The notes below the pieces were generated by a model. The model saw only the letters and a program-made list of their open reading frames with translations. It searched no databases and had not been told where the DNA came from. Positions 1 to 12,955 of a DNA stretch of 64,000 bases are shown here, in pieces. The first letter of the stretch is position 1, and each line of letters begins with the position of its first letter. Source of the DNA: Antedon mediterranea (taxonomy: Eukaryota; Animalia; Echinodermata). The translations under genes and the position numbers were made by a program. The stretch covers positions 4,769,812 to 4,833,811 of the forward strand of contig NC_092675.1 in NCBI RefSeq assembly GCF_964355755.1. Reading direction: 5' to 3'.

Positions 1-130
1 TATTTCCCACAATCAGCAATAAGCTGTGGTCATGACAACATGTGGGAATATGTGATTTGCACAGTATGAACATGGATGGCACATGAATTGTAGGATGGCA
101 CTGTTGTTAGTACGTCAGCTGCAATCAGGA

Positions 131-375
131 GTGGAGTTGTGGCTTGGTGGTTATGATGCTTGGCTACCACTCCAAGGGTCCTGGGTTCAAGTCCCGTCAC
201 ATGTCAGGATTTTTTCAAAGGACCAAATTACAACTCCACTCCCAAAGACTTGTAATAAGACTTTGTTTATGTAAAGCATTTTGTGTATATGTTTGTCTTG
301 TGAACCTCTGAGGGTCCCTAATGATCAGCAATAGCTGGATGGATCACCCTCATTAAAATATGGTTAAAAAAAAAA
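131..375 (+). mobile_element. tRNA-derived SINE (copy 1), antisense just beyond the TXNDC15 stop codon
   Basis: A-box TGGCTTGGTGG, B-box GGTTCAAGTCC and an A-tail; near-identical second copy at 41827-42071. Confidence 0.85.
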
Positions 376-399
376 TCTATGCTTTCTCAAAAAATGTTC

Positions 400-2914
400 T
401 CAATCTATATGTTCATGTACATCACCAACCATTTCTTGGTGTAATCTAGCGACAGCCTGACCACAATGTTGATACATCATATATATTGTAAACAAACTTA
501 AAAATGCAATTGAAAACCATAAGATGTAATCAGGTTCCTTTGTTGGTATGCTTGGTAAGGGCCCATCATAATCTTCAGGTAATACATCAACTGACGAATC
601 AGGTTGAATACCTAAAAATAATATTTAAACACAAAACATTTAATACATTTTTATACCGGGCTATTATAAAATATGTGTATAATAATATGTAACTACAGTA
701 ATAGTAGGTTGATTTCCTTACCTGTATAATTTTTTATAAAATCTCTAAAATTCTCAAAGGTTCTTGTGTAATTAAATCTCATAACAGGTTTTCCTTTATA
801 AAATAGTAATATATTTGGAACAGCTACTGTTCCATATCTTGTATTTAAACTGAAAAAGAAAAGCAACCATGGTTTATTGAGAGGAGAAGGAAGAAGAAAG
901 ATATATATTTATTATATTATATTTATTTATTCAAAGGCAAATTACTGTACTACTCAAGTAGTATACGTATGAAACGCCATATGTGCCAAAATATTTCTCT
1001 TTTTACTAATATTAAAACAAAACTCCATCTGGAACCCAGACTAAATGAAGATACTGAAAGCTATGCTTACTTGTTAAATTGCATAGTGTCAACAGCAAGG
1101 ACATCCAGCCCTGGGAAGGCACGTCCAATGGCGTTGAGATACGGTGCACTCTCTGCAGAGAACTTGCACCATGGTGCATAGAACATTACGAATGCACACG
1201 ATGTGTTTGTTACATTCTTTACACTGACTATATCAAGTAACTTAGTGGTATTCACAATTCTAACAATGGCAGTTGAATCTTCTTGTTGCACAATGCACGG
1301 ATACTTTACTTTAGTTTTGTTTAGCGAGTTGATATCGTTTAATTGCTGACTTTGAGAGTTTGATGCATTAATTAACATCTGAATAAACTCTTGTTGTTTG
1401 TTATAGATGGTGACGTTATTTTGTTGTGCTTGTTGAGATTCTACTAATACTTCTGTGTCCACTGTAGTTGCATCATTTTTTGTTGCATGACAAGCCAGAA
1501 CACCTATTCAAAAAGTTAAATAATGTACTCATGTACTTTGGAAATATTGTTTGATACAAAAAGTGACATACAATTAACCATCCAATTTATGTATGTGTTA
1601 TGCGCGATTTGAACGATTTGCGCAATTTGAAATTGCGCAAAAAAAATCCTTGCGCAATTTGAATTGAAACATGTGTTTCAAATTGCGCAAGCAACGTATT
1701 AAATTGCGCAAGTAATCTGCAAATTGCGCAAGGTTTTTCGACAGATTGTGAAATCATGCACACCCATATTTTTATAGTAATTTCTAAGAATGATTCAAAA
1801 TTAAAGATAAATATCGCATTTCCTTATTTTAGTAGTGCAAATATTGTTATAAGTTAGCATACCGTCGAAGAACCGACGAAGGAAAACGAAGCGGTGGTGT
1901 TCCACCAGGCGGGCGTGGCGCGGGCGGCCGGCTATACTACTCTAGCCTAGCTAGGGTCTGGACTACTGATACTGACTAGGTTACATGGCCTAGCTTAAAC
2001 TAATATTAAAAACTTAATTTTTACATTTATTTTGATTTATTTCAAGTTACAGTGATAATATTATTTAATTGTAATAATAAATGTTATGTATTTATTATAC
2101 ACATGTTATCTTCGCATTTATTATGTTTTATTTTGAGTTATTTAGTTTCCAATAAATTATTATAATACCGATTGTCTGGTAGAATTTTGTTGCGCAATTT
2201 GAAAATTTACAGTTCGTTTTCAAATTGCGCAAAGGTGTCATTTTGCGCAAGAACTATCTTGCGCAATTTACAAATTGTGCAGCGCAATTTAAAATTGCGC
2301 AAAGATTTTCTTGCGCAATTTGAAATTGCGCAAGTTGATTGCGCAATTTGAAATTGCGCAAAAAAATCCTTGCGCAATTTTAAATTGCGCAAGAATTCTT
2401 TGCGCAATTTCAAATTGCGCAAGGATTTTTTTGCGCAATTTCAAATTGCGCAAATCGTTCAAATCGCGCATAACATATGTATTGATAAATGATAATTATA
2501 CTTATTAGGCCTAGTAGGCTAGTATTATTGAGTAAAATATAAATATATATATATATAAAACATTATAATATAATACAATACGGTAGCCTCAAATTGTGCA
2601 TGACATTATTACAATATTATTTATATTAGGCCTATTATTTAATACCGGTTATTGAGAGTTCGAAACGACCAGGAAAACCACTACAGCAGCTAATTACACA
2701 CACACACACTCTCTCTCTCTACTAATTAGATTCAGAGTAGGCCTAGGCCTAGATAGGGTCCTAGTCTAGCTCCCTATATATAAGAAACTTATACAGTTAC
2801 GGTACCCCAAATAATAAATTTAGAAAAAACTGATTTTAATGTCCACTATATTTAATTTAAAATACCTTTCAGAAGTAGTATTGACCACAAACTTTGAAGT
2901 TGGAAAACAACCAT
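400..2914 (-). CDS. TXNDC15: Thioredoxin domain-containing protein 15 (signal peptide, CxxS Trx domain, C-terminal TM), ~273 aa
   Basis: Exons 2914-2866 ([17 protein letters not shown], signal-like), 1503-1071 (FYAPWCKFS), 849-722 ([16 protein letters not shown]) and 611-400 ([12 protein letters not shown]). All introns are GT-AG and phases add to 822 nt. Motifs match TXNDC15 as I recall it. The first exon is the least certain. Confidence 0.88.
1596..2475. mobile_element. Foldback/MITE-like DNA element with long TIRs built from TTGCGCAA repeats, in TXNDC15 intron 1
   Basis: Left end TGTTATGCGCGATTTGAACGATTTGCGCAATTTGAAATTGCGC is the reverse complement of the right end; flanks TATGTATG / TATGTATT (7/8 match, possible 8-bp TSD). 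Confidence 0.8.
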
Positions 2915-3419
2915 GCTTTTTATATTCGTCTGATAAATCAGATTTTGAACATGTTGCCCTCTGGAGTTGAGATTGGTATTTTATTAGTCTCCTTCTCCCC
3001 TTAGCGCTGGGATAAATCAAAGTATATTCTTTGGATAAATTAAATTACAACACCATCACCATCACCATCACCAGCAGGAGCCCTCTCTCAGTCTCCTCTT
3101 ATTTAAAATGTAATATTTACCAAATTGAATACATAACTACTTATGAATTTTATTAGAGTACACATACACGTTTTTGAAAACTTTTTACACATATTCAAAA
3201 TGTTTGATGGAACAAGACCCAATGAGAGGTATGATGATACTTGATAGGCCTATACCTAATTAAATTGCAATAATTTTGTCACGTACAGTAATAACATCAT
3301 CATCAGTGATATTTGTTTTGATACAGATGCAAGAGAGAAAAAAATCACGGCATTGATGATTGTCTATATTATATGCCATCAATTCAAAGGGTAAAAATGA
3401 AATAAAAATCGAATGATTT

Positions 3420-3471
3420 GTCACGTGATTTATTTTAGCCAATCAATTAAATCGATGGTTACTATAGAAAT
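3420..3471. promoter_or_regulatory. Candidate shared promoter between divergent TXNDC15 and ELOVL6-like genes (E-box, CCAAT, X-box-like)
   Basis: GTCACGTGAT at 3420-3429, CCAAT at 3439-3443, GTTACTATAGAAAT at 3458-3471; lies between head-to-head genes. Confidence 0.4.
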
Positions 3472-4968
3472 AGCGTCCTATGTATTGTTACTACTCCCTC
3501 TGCTATATTTATTTTTGTTTTTGTTTTACGCTCAAATATAAATCTTCCCGATTATTTATTTTAAGTTGTGTTTCTGGTGATAAGTAAGCTATGGAGGCCG
3601 CGGGTAGTAATACATAAGATCATCATGGATGTATAAAAATACCTTCATGGATAGTATACCTAAATTATCCGTTCTATTATTTTTTTGGATTATTTTCACA
3701 TGATTTCAAAAGCGCATGTGATATTATAAAGACTCCAGTTAGATATTAATCCTTTAGAAACATTCTAATATTAAGTACCAGTAATTAGCACCATCATGTG
3801 GTTGGTATATATATATATCGTGGAGGTAATTTATTAAAGCATGGAGCTATAAATTAAAGCCATGCCCAGTGGGACTAGAATAAAAGTAAATTTGGGTCAT
3901 GCGCATGAATTACTATAAATGTTTTTCTATTTTGAGGATAATGCAGTTAAATGTTGTGGTAGTAATGTATCTTAATATGTATACTACCGGAATCGAACCA
4001 TCGAGCTATTAATTATCCATGATCGAACAGTAAAAACAGAACAAAAAAACATTTCGAACAGCGCCACCGCTTTAGAGGGTGTATGATCAATCAATTGAAT
4101 TGCTTATTCAAAATTATTTTGTACTGATCTTCGACTCAAAGCAGTGAGCTAGCCACCGGGCCGGTTGTTCCACGTTACCGTAGTGCACCATATAGTAAGT
4201 TTATTCATAAATTATGCGTTGAAGTTTTTAATGATGATTTTGATAGTTTTATTCTTTTTAACCTAGCGAATTTGAAATAATTATATTTTTATGTCATTCA
4301 TTAGAGGTTGGATTAATTAGGGGCGTGGTATCCTTCTTGCCAGTCGATGATGTGGTCTGATAATCCCTCACCACTCGCATGTTTAGAGTTGATACTTAAG
4401 ATAATCCAAATGCGGTTTATATACCTTACCAGGTGCCGCTATTAGTTTATTTAAATTGTTTATCAAAATATGTACCCGCCATCCATATATAGGGGCCTAG
4501 CCCGGTAATTCCCTAGCCCTACCCCTTTACTATAACATATTTCAATACTTCCGTTTTGATGGAGGGCATGCATTGGCATTGCCACCCACCCTGGACTAAT
4601 TCTTTTCATACTCTTACGTAATATAGTAGGACTTAATTAGAAAGAATTCATCTATGAATTTGGCCTTTCAAGAAGCACTAAAAAGAAATTTGGCTTGCAT
4701 ATTAATGTTTAGAATGTATATATTTTAACTAATTCGAAAAAAAAAATTTCATATGTTAATATATCCTATTAACAAATAAATGGATAAACATAATTTAAAA
4801 TTGTTTAACCTATTAAACTTGCTATGTGCTGTCACAGTTTTACCAGTACCACTGTATAGATTGCATTCATTTGGGTGTTTACTAAACAAAATACATGAAG
4901 AAACTTTACATACAGTTTATTAATATTTACGGTAACAAACATTACATTTTTTAGGAGACCGATTCAAG

Positions 4969-5802
4969 ATGGTTGTGGAAATCAACAGAACATCTCTTCA
5001 TTTCTCAAATGTTTTTGAGTTTGAAAAAGGTTTTGATCATCGGCCGAAGGTCAACTGGTTTGCGGAGAACTGGAGCAAAGCCTTTCTGTATTCGGCCATC
5101 TATGTGGTGTTAATATTCGGTGGCAAATTTTTTATGACCAACCGACCCCGGTATAACCTCCGCATGCCGTTGACCATCTGGTCAATGACACTAGCGGTTT
5201 TTAGTTGGATGGGAGCAATACGATTATGGGCAGACTACATATTCTTTGTGAAACAATACGGTTTTAAAGCTTCTATGTGTGACCCTATATTTTACCAAGG
5301 CGTAACCGGTTTCTGGTCGTGGTTATTCATCTGCAGTAAATTACCCGAGTTAGGAGATACAATTTTTATCATTCTACGTAAACAGCGTCTGATATTTCTT
5401 CACTGGTATCACCACATTACCGTATTACTGTACGCATGGTACAGCTATGCTCATCTCGTTGCACCTGGTCGTTACTTCGTTCTCATGAACTACACCGTGC
5501 ATGCGCTGATGTACACTTATTACGCATTGAAAGCTTCGAAGATCATGCCAGTGCCGACGTGGGTCAACATAATGATTACGACGCTGCAACTTCTACAAAT
5601 GATTGTCGGGTGTATTATCAACGGATATGCGTACATGTTCCGGAAACAAGGGGAAGTCTGCTCGACGACTGACATGAATCTTAGAGTTTCATTTCTTATG
5701 TATTTTAGTTACTTCCTCCTTTTTGCCCATTTTTTTTATAATACATATATGCTACCAAAACGCAATCAATCCATTGAAAAAGACCACCTGAAAAAGCAGT
5801 AG
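4969..5802 (+). CDS. ELOVL6: Very-long-chain fatty acid elongase, ELOVL6/3-like, 277 aa, intronless CDS
   Basis: Motifs SKLPELGDTIFIILRKQRLIFLHWYHH, MNYTVHALMYTYY and TTLQLLQM; multiple TM segments; Lys-rich C-terminus; splice acceptor just upstream of the ATG (~4953). Confidence 0.92.
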   Translation: MVVEINRTSLHFSNVFEFEKGFDHRPKVNWFAENWSKAFLYSAIYVVLIFGGKFFMTNRPRYNLRMPLTIWSMTLAVFSWMGAIRLWADYIFFVKQYGFKASMCDPIFYQGVTGFWSWLFICSKLPELGDTIFIILRKQRLIFLHWYHHITVLLYAWYSYAHLVAPGRYFVLMNYTVHALMYTYYALKASKIMPVPTWVNIMITTLQLLQMIVGCIINGYAYMFRKQGEVCSTTDMNLRVSFLMYFSYFLLFAHFFYNTYMLPKRNQSIEKDHLKKQ

Positions 5803-7406
5803 ATAATCTACATAAAACTAAAATTTAACTTATTAATTCAGTACAATGAAAGAAAACTTGTATGCTTTTTTTTAACGAGGAATCATGGTATTTAAAGTGT
5901 TGTTTCTGGTATGTACAGCAATTGAAAAATTCCATACAAAAATTTAAATAAATCTTTTAAATATTTGATTAAATGATTAATGAAATAGTTTACTACTGAA
6001 ATGGTTCGCTACACTATATCCCACCACCTAACGCCTACTGTATGCTTCCTTCCACAATTCTTAAACAATTCTCCAAATATAACATATTGCTAATTATGTA
6101 AAAGTGTAATATTAAATACTTACTGTGGAAAAACATAACTTATTATATAAAGTAAAGTATTGATGTTACAATATGATTACTATATTGATTACAGTAGACT
6201 GCTATGTATTTAAGAAAATATAGTATTTGGTAGTACAGTATTTACATTTTTTCATTTTCAAATATGCTGCTCTGAATGTTTTACAAAAATGTATTGTATT
6301 AATACACATTTTGTTGTATCAACCAAGTTGGTTGGAATAGGTCTATGTAAAGTTATCTTACAGGATATAAAGATATAAGTAAGTAAAAGGATATATTGAA
6401 GTCCTTAGTATATTATCCACAGAAGCTTTTTCAAAATTTAATTACATTTTTTTTATTTTCCAGAAAAAATAAAACCTCACAGCAGCTGTTATAATATTAT
6501 TAATAAGCCATAAAAATATATAAAAGCCATCTCAGTTTAAATATTATTATATAATGCAGCTCATATTTATATGTTAGTAGATAATGTAGATAGTTATATC
6601 AAAGTTCAAGTGTAAAACGCTGCTTAATTAAAATGCAGCTGTATTGTTTTGCTATCTGATGACCTCATCTTATCATCATCTTACCCATCTCAATTCTTAT
6701 GCAGTTGCATCATATAATTTGAATACTGTACTACAGGAATTATATATGAATACAGAACATATGATTAAAACTACTAGAGCGTCAACTAGGCATAGCCATT
6801 ATCATTTTCAACTCAACAAGCTGCGATTGTGTTGACCATCTAGGTCTTATAGTGCGTCTACTGTTAAACATCCCTCCTGAATTCTGTATCAATATATTTT
6901 GTAATTAAGATTGTTTGTAAATTCAATGAGATCGTCGTCCATAAACTTATTCATAAATTCAACGTTAATTCATGGTTGTGTGCATGCAAATTATTTGTTT
7001 TAAAAATGTTGTTAAAAACATTACAAAATGGTGTTAAAATTTGTCGGTTAATTCAGTACAGTATTATTATTTATACCATATGTTTACCATGTTTATCCAT
7101 CAAAGAAAATCTATTAAATGATTTTTACTAAAGAAAACTACTTTACTATTAAATTATCATGTTTTCTTACTGTTTAATGTACGTCATTTATACCTTTTAT
7201 ATTCATATATAATAATTGTCATTTATATCTTTGTATAATGTTAATTTAACTGAAATTTCTGATGTTGTCTAAATATGCAAGTAAAATGGAATGTGCAGGC
7301 AGAAAAACCCAAACTTGTCAACCAGACAGGATAATATGGTGAATAAGATTTTAAACTGTGCTTCAAATGTCATATATACATATAATACTACCTCCAATAC
7401 AGACAA

Positions 7407-7496
7407 TCCATCCAATCACACTGTCTCTAATTAAGGACCATCCAATCACACTGTCTCTAATTAAGGACCATCCAATCACACTGCCTCTAATTAAAG
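7407..7496. repeat. 30-bp tandem repeat, ~3 copies
   Basis: CCATCCAATCACACTGTCTCTAATTAAGGA repeated. Confidence 0.85.
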
Positions 7497-8213
7497 ATAA
7501 TTTTCAGTTTGGTTTTTTAACTAGATGTTGTCTCTACATTATTTGTAAAGATATATTCATTCAATTAATAATTACAGTATTGGTTATTTTATTTATTTTT
7601 AGAATGTAATGTTAGAATGTTCATTGAAGGTACACAAGATTTTTTAAATAGATACAAGTTAATTTTTTTTTAAATATGTAAATCAGTTTTGTTAAATCCA
7701 ATGCATACTTAACTTAATTTAAACATTTTTGGGAATTTGTACAAAATCTTGCAATGATAGTAATCTTTAAGATTCGGAGTGATTTGAAAATGTTCCCAAA
7801 ATATATGATTTGTAATTCAAAGAATTATTTCAGTTGTTTGTATTTAATATATAAGTATTAGTTGCATTTGTTTATTGTGAAATGTTGAGCAGGCCTTGAT
7901 AGCATCGTACTCTGTTAACGTTTCATTGGAAACTTTCTCCTAAATGATGGCCAAACAAAAATTGGCTTGAAGTCGGAAATTATTTCCATAGAAATGTTCT
8001 TTGTAATCGCTAGTAATAAACAAAATATACTTAAATTGTTACATTTTCATGAATAATGTGGTTCAGGTGGGATTAAACAAAAAAATAATAAACAAAGTTG
8101 AATTGCTAATTATGTTCTTATTTATGTGTTTTTTTTTTATTTTGGCCTACATGACATGCCTACTATTATATTGAATTCTCTTGACGCAACAAAGACATAT
8201 TTAATACAGTATT

Positions 8214-8548
8214 TAAGATTCTTTCCCACTATAACGCAACGCAACGACGTAAGCCGCAACGCAAGCGAATTGACCAATCACAAGGAACGTTTCGAATGAT
8301 CGATTGGATTTGGTCAATTCGCTTGTGTTGAGTGCTAGTGGGGAACCAAGCTTTAACTGTACCGTAAGCTTGGTTCCCACTAGAACGTAACGCAAGGACG
8401 TAAACGCAACGCAAGCGTTTTAACCAATGAAAAGCGAAGTTATAGACAGTTAGCAATCACAAGCGAATAAGCCATCGCTTGTGATTGGTCAATTCACTTG
8501 TGTTGCGTAACGTCCTTGTGTTGCGTCGCTAGTGGGAACCACGTTTTA
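8214..8548. mobile_element. Two adjacent palindromic MITEs (TIR AGCTTGGTTCCCACTAG), PIF/Harbinger-like
   Basis: Copies at ~8214-8355 (degenerate) and ~8365-8548; third copy at 60384-60561 with TAA/TTA flanks. Confidence 0.75.
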
Positions 8549-8699
8549 GCTAAACGTGATGATCAACTCAAAGTTCATTTATACAGTACTTTTCTATTCA
8601 GTTTCCTCAAATTTAGCAGCCCCTTAAAATTGGTCTTCGCGTCAGACCTGCAATTCACACTTGTTTCCCCATGTAACTCACTCTACTCCTCACTCCCCA

Positions 8700-8866
8700 A
8701 CTCACTCTACTCCTCACTCCCCCACTCACTCTTGGTTTTCCTTATTTACTACAGAATAATGATGGAAATTGTATTTTTTGTTTGTGCAGGGCCCCAGGGA
8801 AGGACAACAACCATGTGTTGATGATCTGGGCCTCCGTGGTTAAATAAAGTTGAATTGAATTGAATG
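8700..8866 (+). mobile_element. Probable LINE 3' end remnant with (TTGAA)n tail
   Basis: GC-rich stem-like segment, then AATAAA followed by TTGAA repeats. Confidence 0.4.
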
Positions 8867-10020
8867 ATCCACCTCCACCAATGTATAGAATTATAATTTC
8901 ATTGGTAGGCTACCGTACGTGAGATAGGATGACCAAAAAACGTTCTCCGTGGCGTAAGTATGTGAAATTCCCCCACACCTCTCATAGGAATTATGCAATA
9001 CTGTTTAGTTTGACGAGATACTGATTGTTGTGATTGTAGGTTCTAAAGTTCAAGTTTGAATATACAGTAATTGTTCCTACTGTAGGCATACGGTCTTTTT
9101 CTTATCATCTCAAGTGGATTATAATTGTGATATTACAATAAACGGAACTTAAGGGAGGGCGGGGGGGGGGGATCATGTCACGTGTTTTTTGTATAGAATG
9201 ATCAGTTTTAAGTCAAAGGTTGACATCAAATGCGCGATGCTCCGTCATCGCATGATTTTGCTGTAATCGCTGTCATTAAAATATTGCTATATGATATATC
9301 ATGAAGCATATCCATGAGGTGATTTAGTGTGCCACTGCCAAATATGAAACATAAACGCATGTCATCATTTTTGTAGCTTTAAAATATAATGTTGGCAATC
9401 CATAAAATATGCTACTGCTTGGATGATTTGAACAGCTATTGAAAAATATTCAATTTGGTGTAACAGTATCTAGTTAAGTATCGATCGGATCAATAAAAGT
9501 TACCGACACCTATAGTGTGGACGATCGCCGGTTTTTGTTAAGAAATGATGACGTAACAACGAATATATAACATTACTTAATTCTATTGAAATTAGTAGAA
9601 TTAATTAATAATTAATCAATTCATAATTATATTTCTTTATAGTAGCCTAGTAGTTGTTGAATTGATGAAACTTATTATTAGGCTCAAGTAATTATGAATA
9701 TTTAATGCATACAGTAATTTGAATTTTGCTGAACATGCATTTTAATATATCAGGCCGGGATTGTACAGTACTTAGGCCTATAATAATCTCGTAAGAAACT
9801 CATTTGGTACAGACACTGATGTCGATTTATTTTAAATACACACATTAGGCCTAACAAACACGACCTTTGATTAATTAAAGTATACATACAGAAGTATATA
9901 TCTAATATTCCAAAAGATAGAGTTTATCATTAATCATCATGGCAGTTTTGAGTTACTTAGAGTGTTGTGGCAGAATTTATGACGTCAGGATTATCTCAAG
10001 ACGTAGCAACATTGACGTCA

Positions 10021-10957
10021 TCAGGATGATTTCGTTTTCCTTGTTCTGACAAATGCTTGGTAGTAGAAGTTACTGAACAAACCAATCATACTAAACGCGT
10101 AAAGTATACTGTAAACACAGAATCCATGAGATCTATATCCGATAGTAGTGTGGAATATGGCTATAACGAACTGTGCAATCTGCAGCTGCGTTATTCGTTT
10201 CTTCCACGCCGGTGACTGATTCGAATCATAGGCTGTTATACTATAATAGTAATACAACCAAACGTGTACAAATGAGTTTAACGCAAGAAGAAACGCAATG
10301 CCAGCATAGGGAGAGTGATGATAAGCAAAGTCACTGAGAAGCACCATAGAAGAGTGGTGGTAGACATGAAGAAACGATACCTGACGACTCTTGTGACGTA
10401 GTATCATAAAAACAGTATCTAAAAGTTCGACGTTTTTCATGATCCAGTACACGAGGAATGCGTATTTGAGAACGTCAGTTGAACTGAGTACAAAAATGGA
10501 ACCGATATCGTACATACCGTAACCATACGCAAGACACGTACCGATGCTTGCTAAACTACAGAACAAGTTGTATACGACCATCACCTGAAAATGAAACATT
10601 GATGTCAATATACTTGAATTGAATGTCCCTGTTTGCAACACCGTTATTTCATACACAACCTTCTACTTCACTGAATCATGCACTCTTTATGACCGCACCA
10701 CATCTCATCCATTGGTGTCGCCACCATTCTTACGGTCTAGATATGTATAACAACATTTCCTCTAGCATGATAGTCGTTTTTGGAAAGTAAATAATCACTC
10801 CGTACGTTTAACATTAATAATGCAGACTTACCCATCTTAAGGACATCGGTTCTGTGATATTTTGGTAAAAGGGTGCCAAGAACACCATAACCAGATAGCC
10901 TACCATTACAGGAAAGGACTGAAGTCCGACAAAGAGTTTAACGACGTGCCAAATCAT
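10021..10957 (-). CDS. Second fatty acid elongase (HVYHH type, ELOVL4/5/7/8-like), ~229 aa
   Basis: Exons 10957-10832 (MIWHVVKLF...MSLRW, GTAAGT donor) and 10584-10021 (KNVELLDTVFMILRHKSRQVSFLHVYHH, NSFVHVWLYYYY, TQLQIAQF, end RKTKSS). An additional upstream exon is possible (acceptor at 10959). Confidence 0.88.
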
Positions 10958-12592
10958 TCTAATAAGAGATCATTTAAAAATAATTTAAATATGAGTTCAT
11001 TTTCCCCTCTATTGGCTTTATTCTTTTTCATCTATTGGCCAAGACTGCGTACTTCTTTTCAGGGAGGGGACTGTCTGTTATATGACTTGGGGTTGAAGAA
11101 CATTCCATTACGTCATCAAAAGATGAGAAAAAGAAGGCTACTTTGAAGTCTGGCTATAGGAAGCAGCAGAACATTTCTGAGAAAAGGCAACCTGTGAACC
11201 GATATATAGGAAGGGGACTTCCCTACTTCACATACAATAAACTAATGGCACGTGTTCAATGCAGAGAGTACGATACAACCTCGTACCACCAAGCCCCTAT
11301 ACAGCTGTCTTATGAAATTAATAGGGTATTCGATTAATATAGGCGGTGTGACTGTGTGTGATACGGGGAAATCCCTTTCGGTTCACAAGGCACAGGCAGA
11401 CAAATGGAAAAGAGCACAGAGGCGTACAAATATTTTTGGCTTCATAAAACGCTAGGAGGGCACCTGCACATATTTTAAGTTTTCCTTAGAATCTGGCATT
11501 TTAGTAAGATTAAGATTTAGCCCTTATTACAGAAACTATTCAATTAGTATTGGATTTTGTCTACTGTGGCTGAACCTTGTAAATTATAGGAACGTCGTGA
11601 AACGTTTAAAATGCTATACCACCTACCTTTATTAATTCGCTGATTTTTTTTTATTGAATTTTAAGTTGAATACCGTTGCTCAGTTCACCTTTGGTCAAGG
11701 GCAAGCTAAGTTAAAACCACCACACCGTGACGAATACAATGAGATCCTAATCGGCATTTCCATAATTATTGAATATTTTACCAGGTCAGCTTTCTATCAG
11801 GTTGATTCGGATGTACTCTCGGTGCATTTACTCGCATCGGTCTGTTCGCCGAACAGAGTTTTACCTTTTAGAAAGTTCGTTCTTTTAACGCCGCTTATTG
11901 ATCGAATAACAATTTATCAATGCATGCAGTTAAAAATAGGCTTACGTCTCAGACTGTAGTTTTCATTTATAAGTACCAAAACTATTTTGCACATCGCACA
12001 TTGAACAAGATGTTTTATTTTTTAGAGAGAAAGTGAAGCCCGATGACAGCAATGAACACAAATTTGCTCTTTGATGTTAAAATAATTTATTATCAATATA
12101 ATATATTTTTGCACACACGTATTACGTTCCCGTAACCTTTACAGTACATTTCACCACGAGAAAACAACATCCAGGGTCCTCTTACAAATATAGTTAGCTC
12201 AGCCTCGGAGTAGCTGTTTTTGTCAAAGACGTCACCGGTATAGTTTTATAATAACAAAGCATGAATCTCTTTCTGTATATAAACTAATTTATGATACAAA
12301 AGCTCAGTGGTACCGTATTAACTTAATAATTAATTAACTTTAATTATATTTGCGGAAGATACGGTAGTATAAATGTTGAATAAAATGTTAAAATATATCC
12401 AAACCTCGACTCGAACACGTTAACAAACGTTATTAACCAAATGTAAAAATGATAAAGCTTCTTCTTTTATTGTATAGGTTTATAATATATTTATACGATC
12501 TATCACTATACATATTCTAAACCACACTAAGGATCTCGGATATCTATGATTAACCAAGGAAGAAAACTAAGCATGAAGGAATTAGCACGGAA

Positions 12593-12955
12593 GATTACCT
12601 GTTTATTGAACTAGGTATATTTAATATCCACCGGGGTGTCCGTACAAAATATGTGATGTGCCCATATATGCACATGATGATGTCATATCACTACCGTATT
12701 TGTGTATATCACTTCCATATTTGGGCACATCACATATTTTGTACGGGCACTCCGATCAAGTTTCATAGGTGGATAGATACTCTAGTTCAATAAACAGGTA
12801 ATCTCATATAAAGTTTGATAGTGTAGACAGAGCTTTACTAAATGTATCTAATCGGATTACCTGTTTATTGAACTAGAGTATATTTAATATCTACCTATGA
12901 AATGTGGTTGGGGTGTCCGTACACAATTAATTGCACATCACATTTTGGCTTCAGT
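12593..12955. mobile_element. Composite/rearranged MITE cluster related to the AGCTCTGTCTACACTATCAAACT family
   Basis: Inverted pair GATTACCTGTTTATTGAACTAG (12593) / CTAGTTCAATAAACAGGTAATC (12782) around the family core; right TIR at ~12812-12834; third arm copy at ~12855. Confidence 0.65.

Noticed and set aside
131-205. Functional tRNA gene at the SINE head
   Set aside because: The acceptor stem does not pair and the sequence continues into a SINE body with an A-tail, in two copies
2207-2508. Repetitive ORFs (LRNLKLRK / AQFEIAQ)
   Set aside because: Translations of the TTGCGCAA MITE repeats
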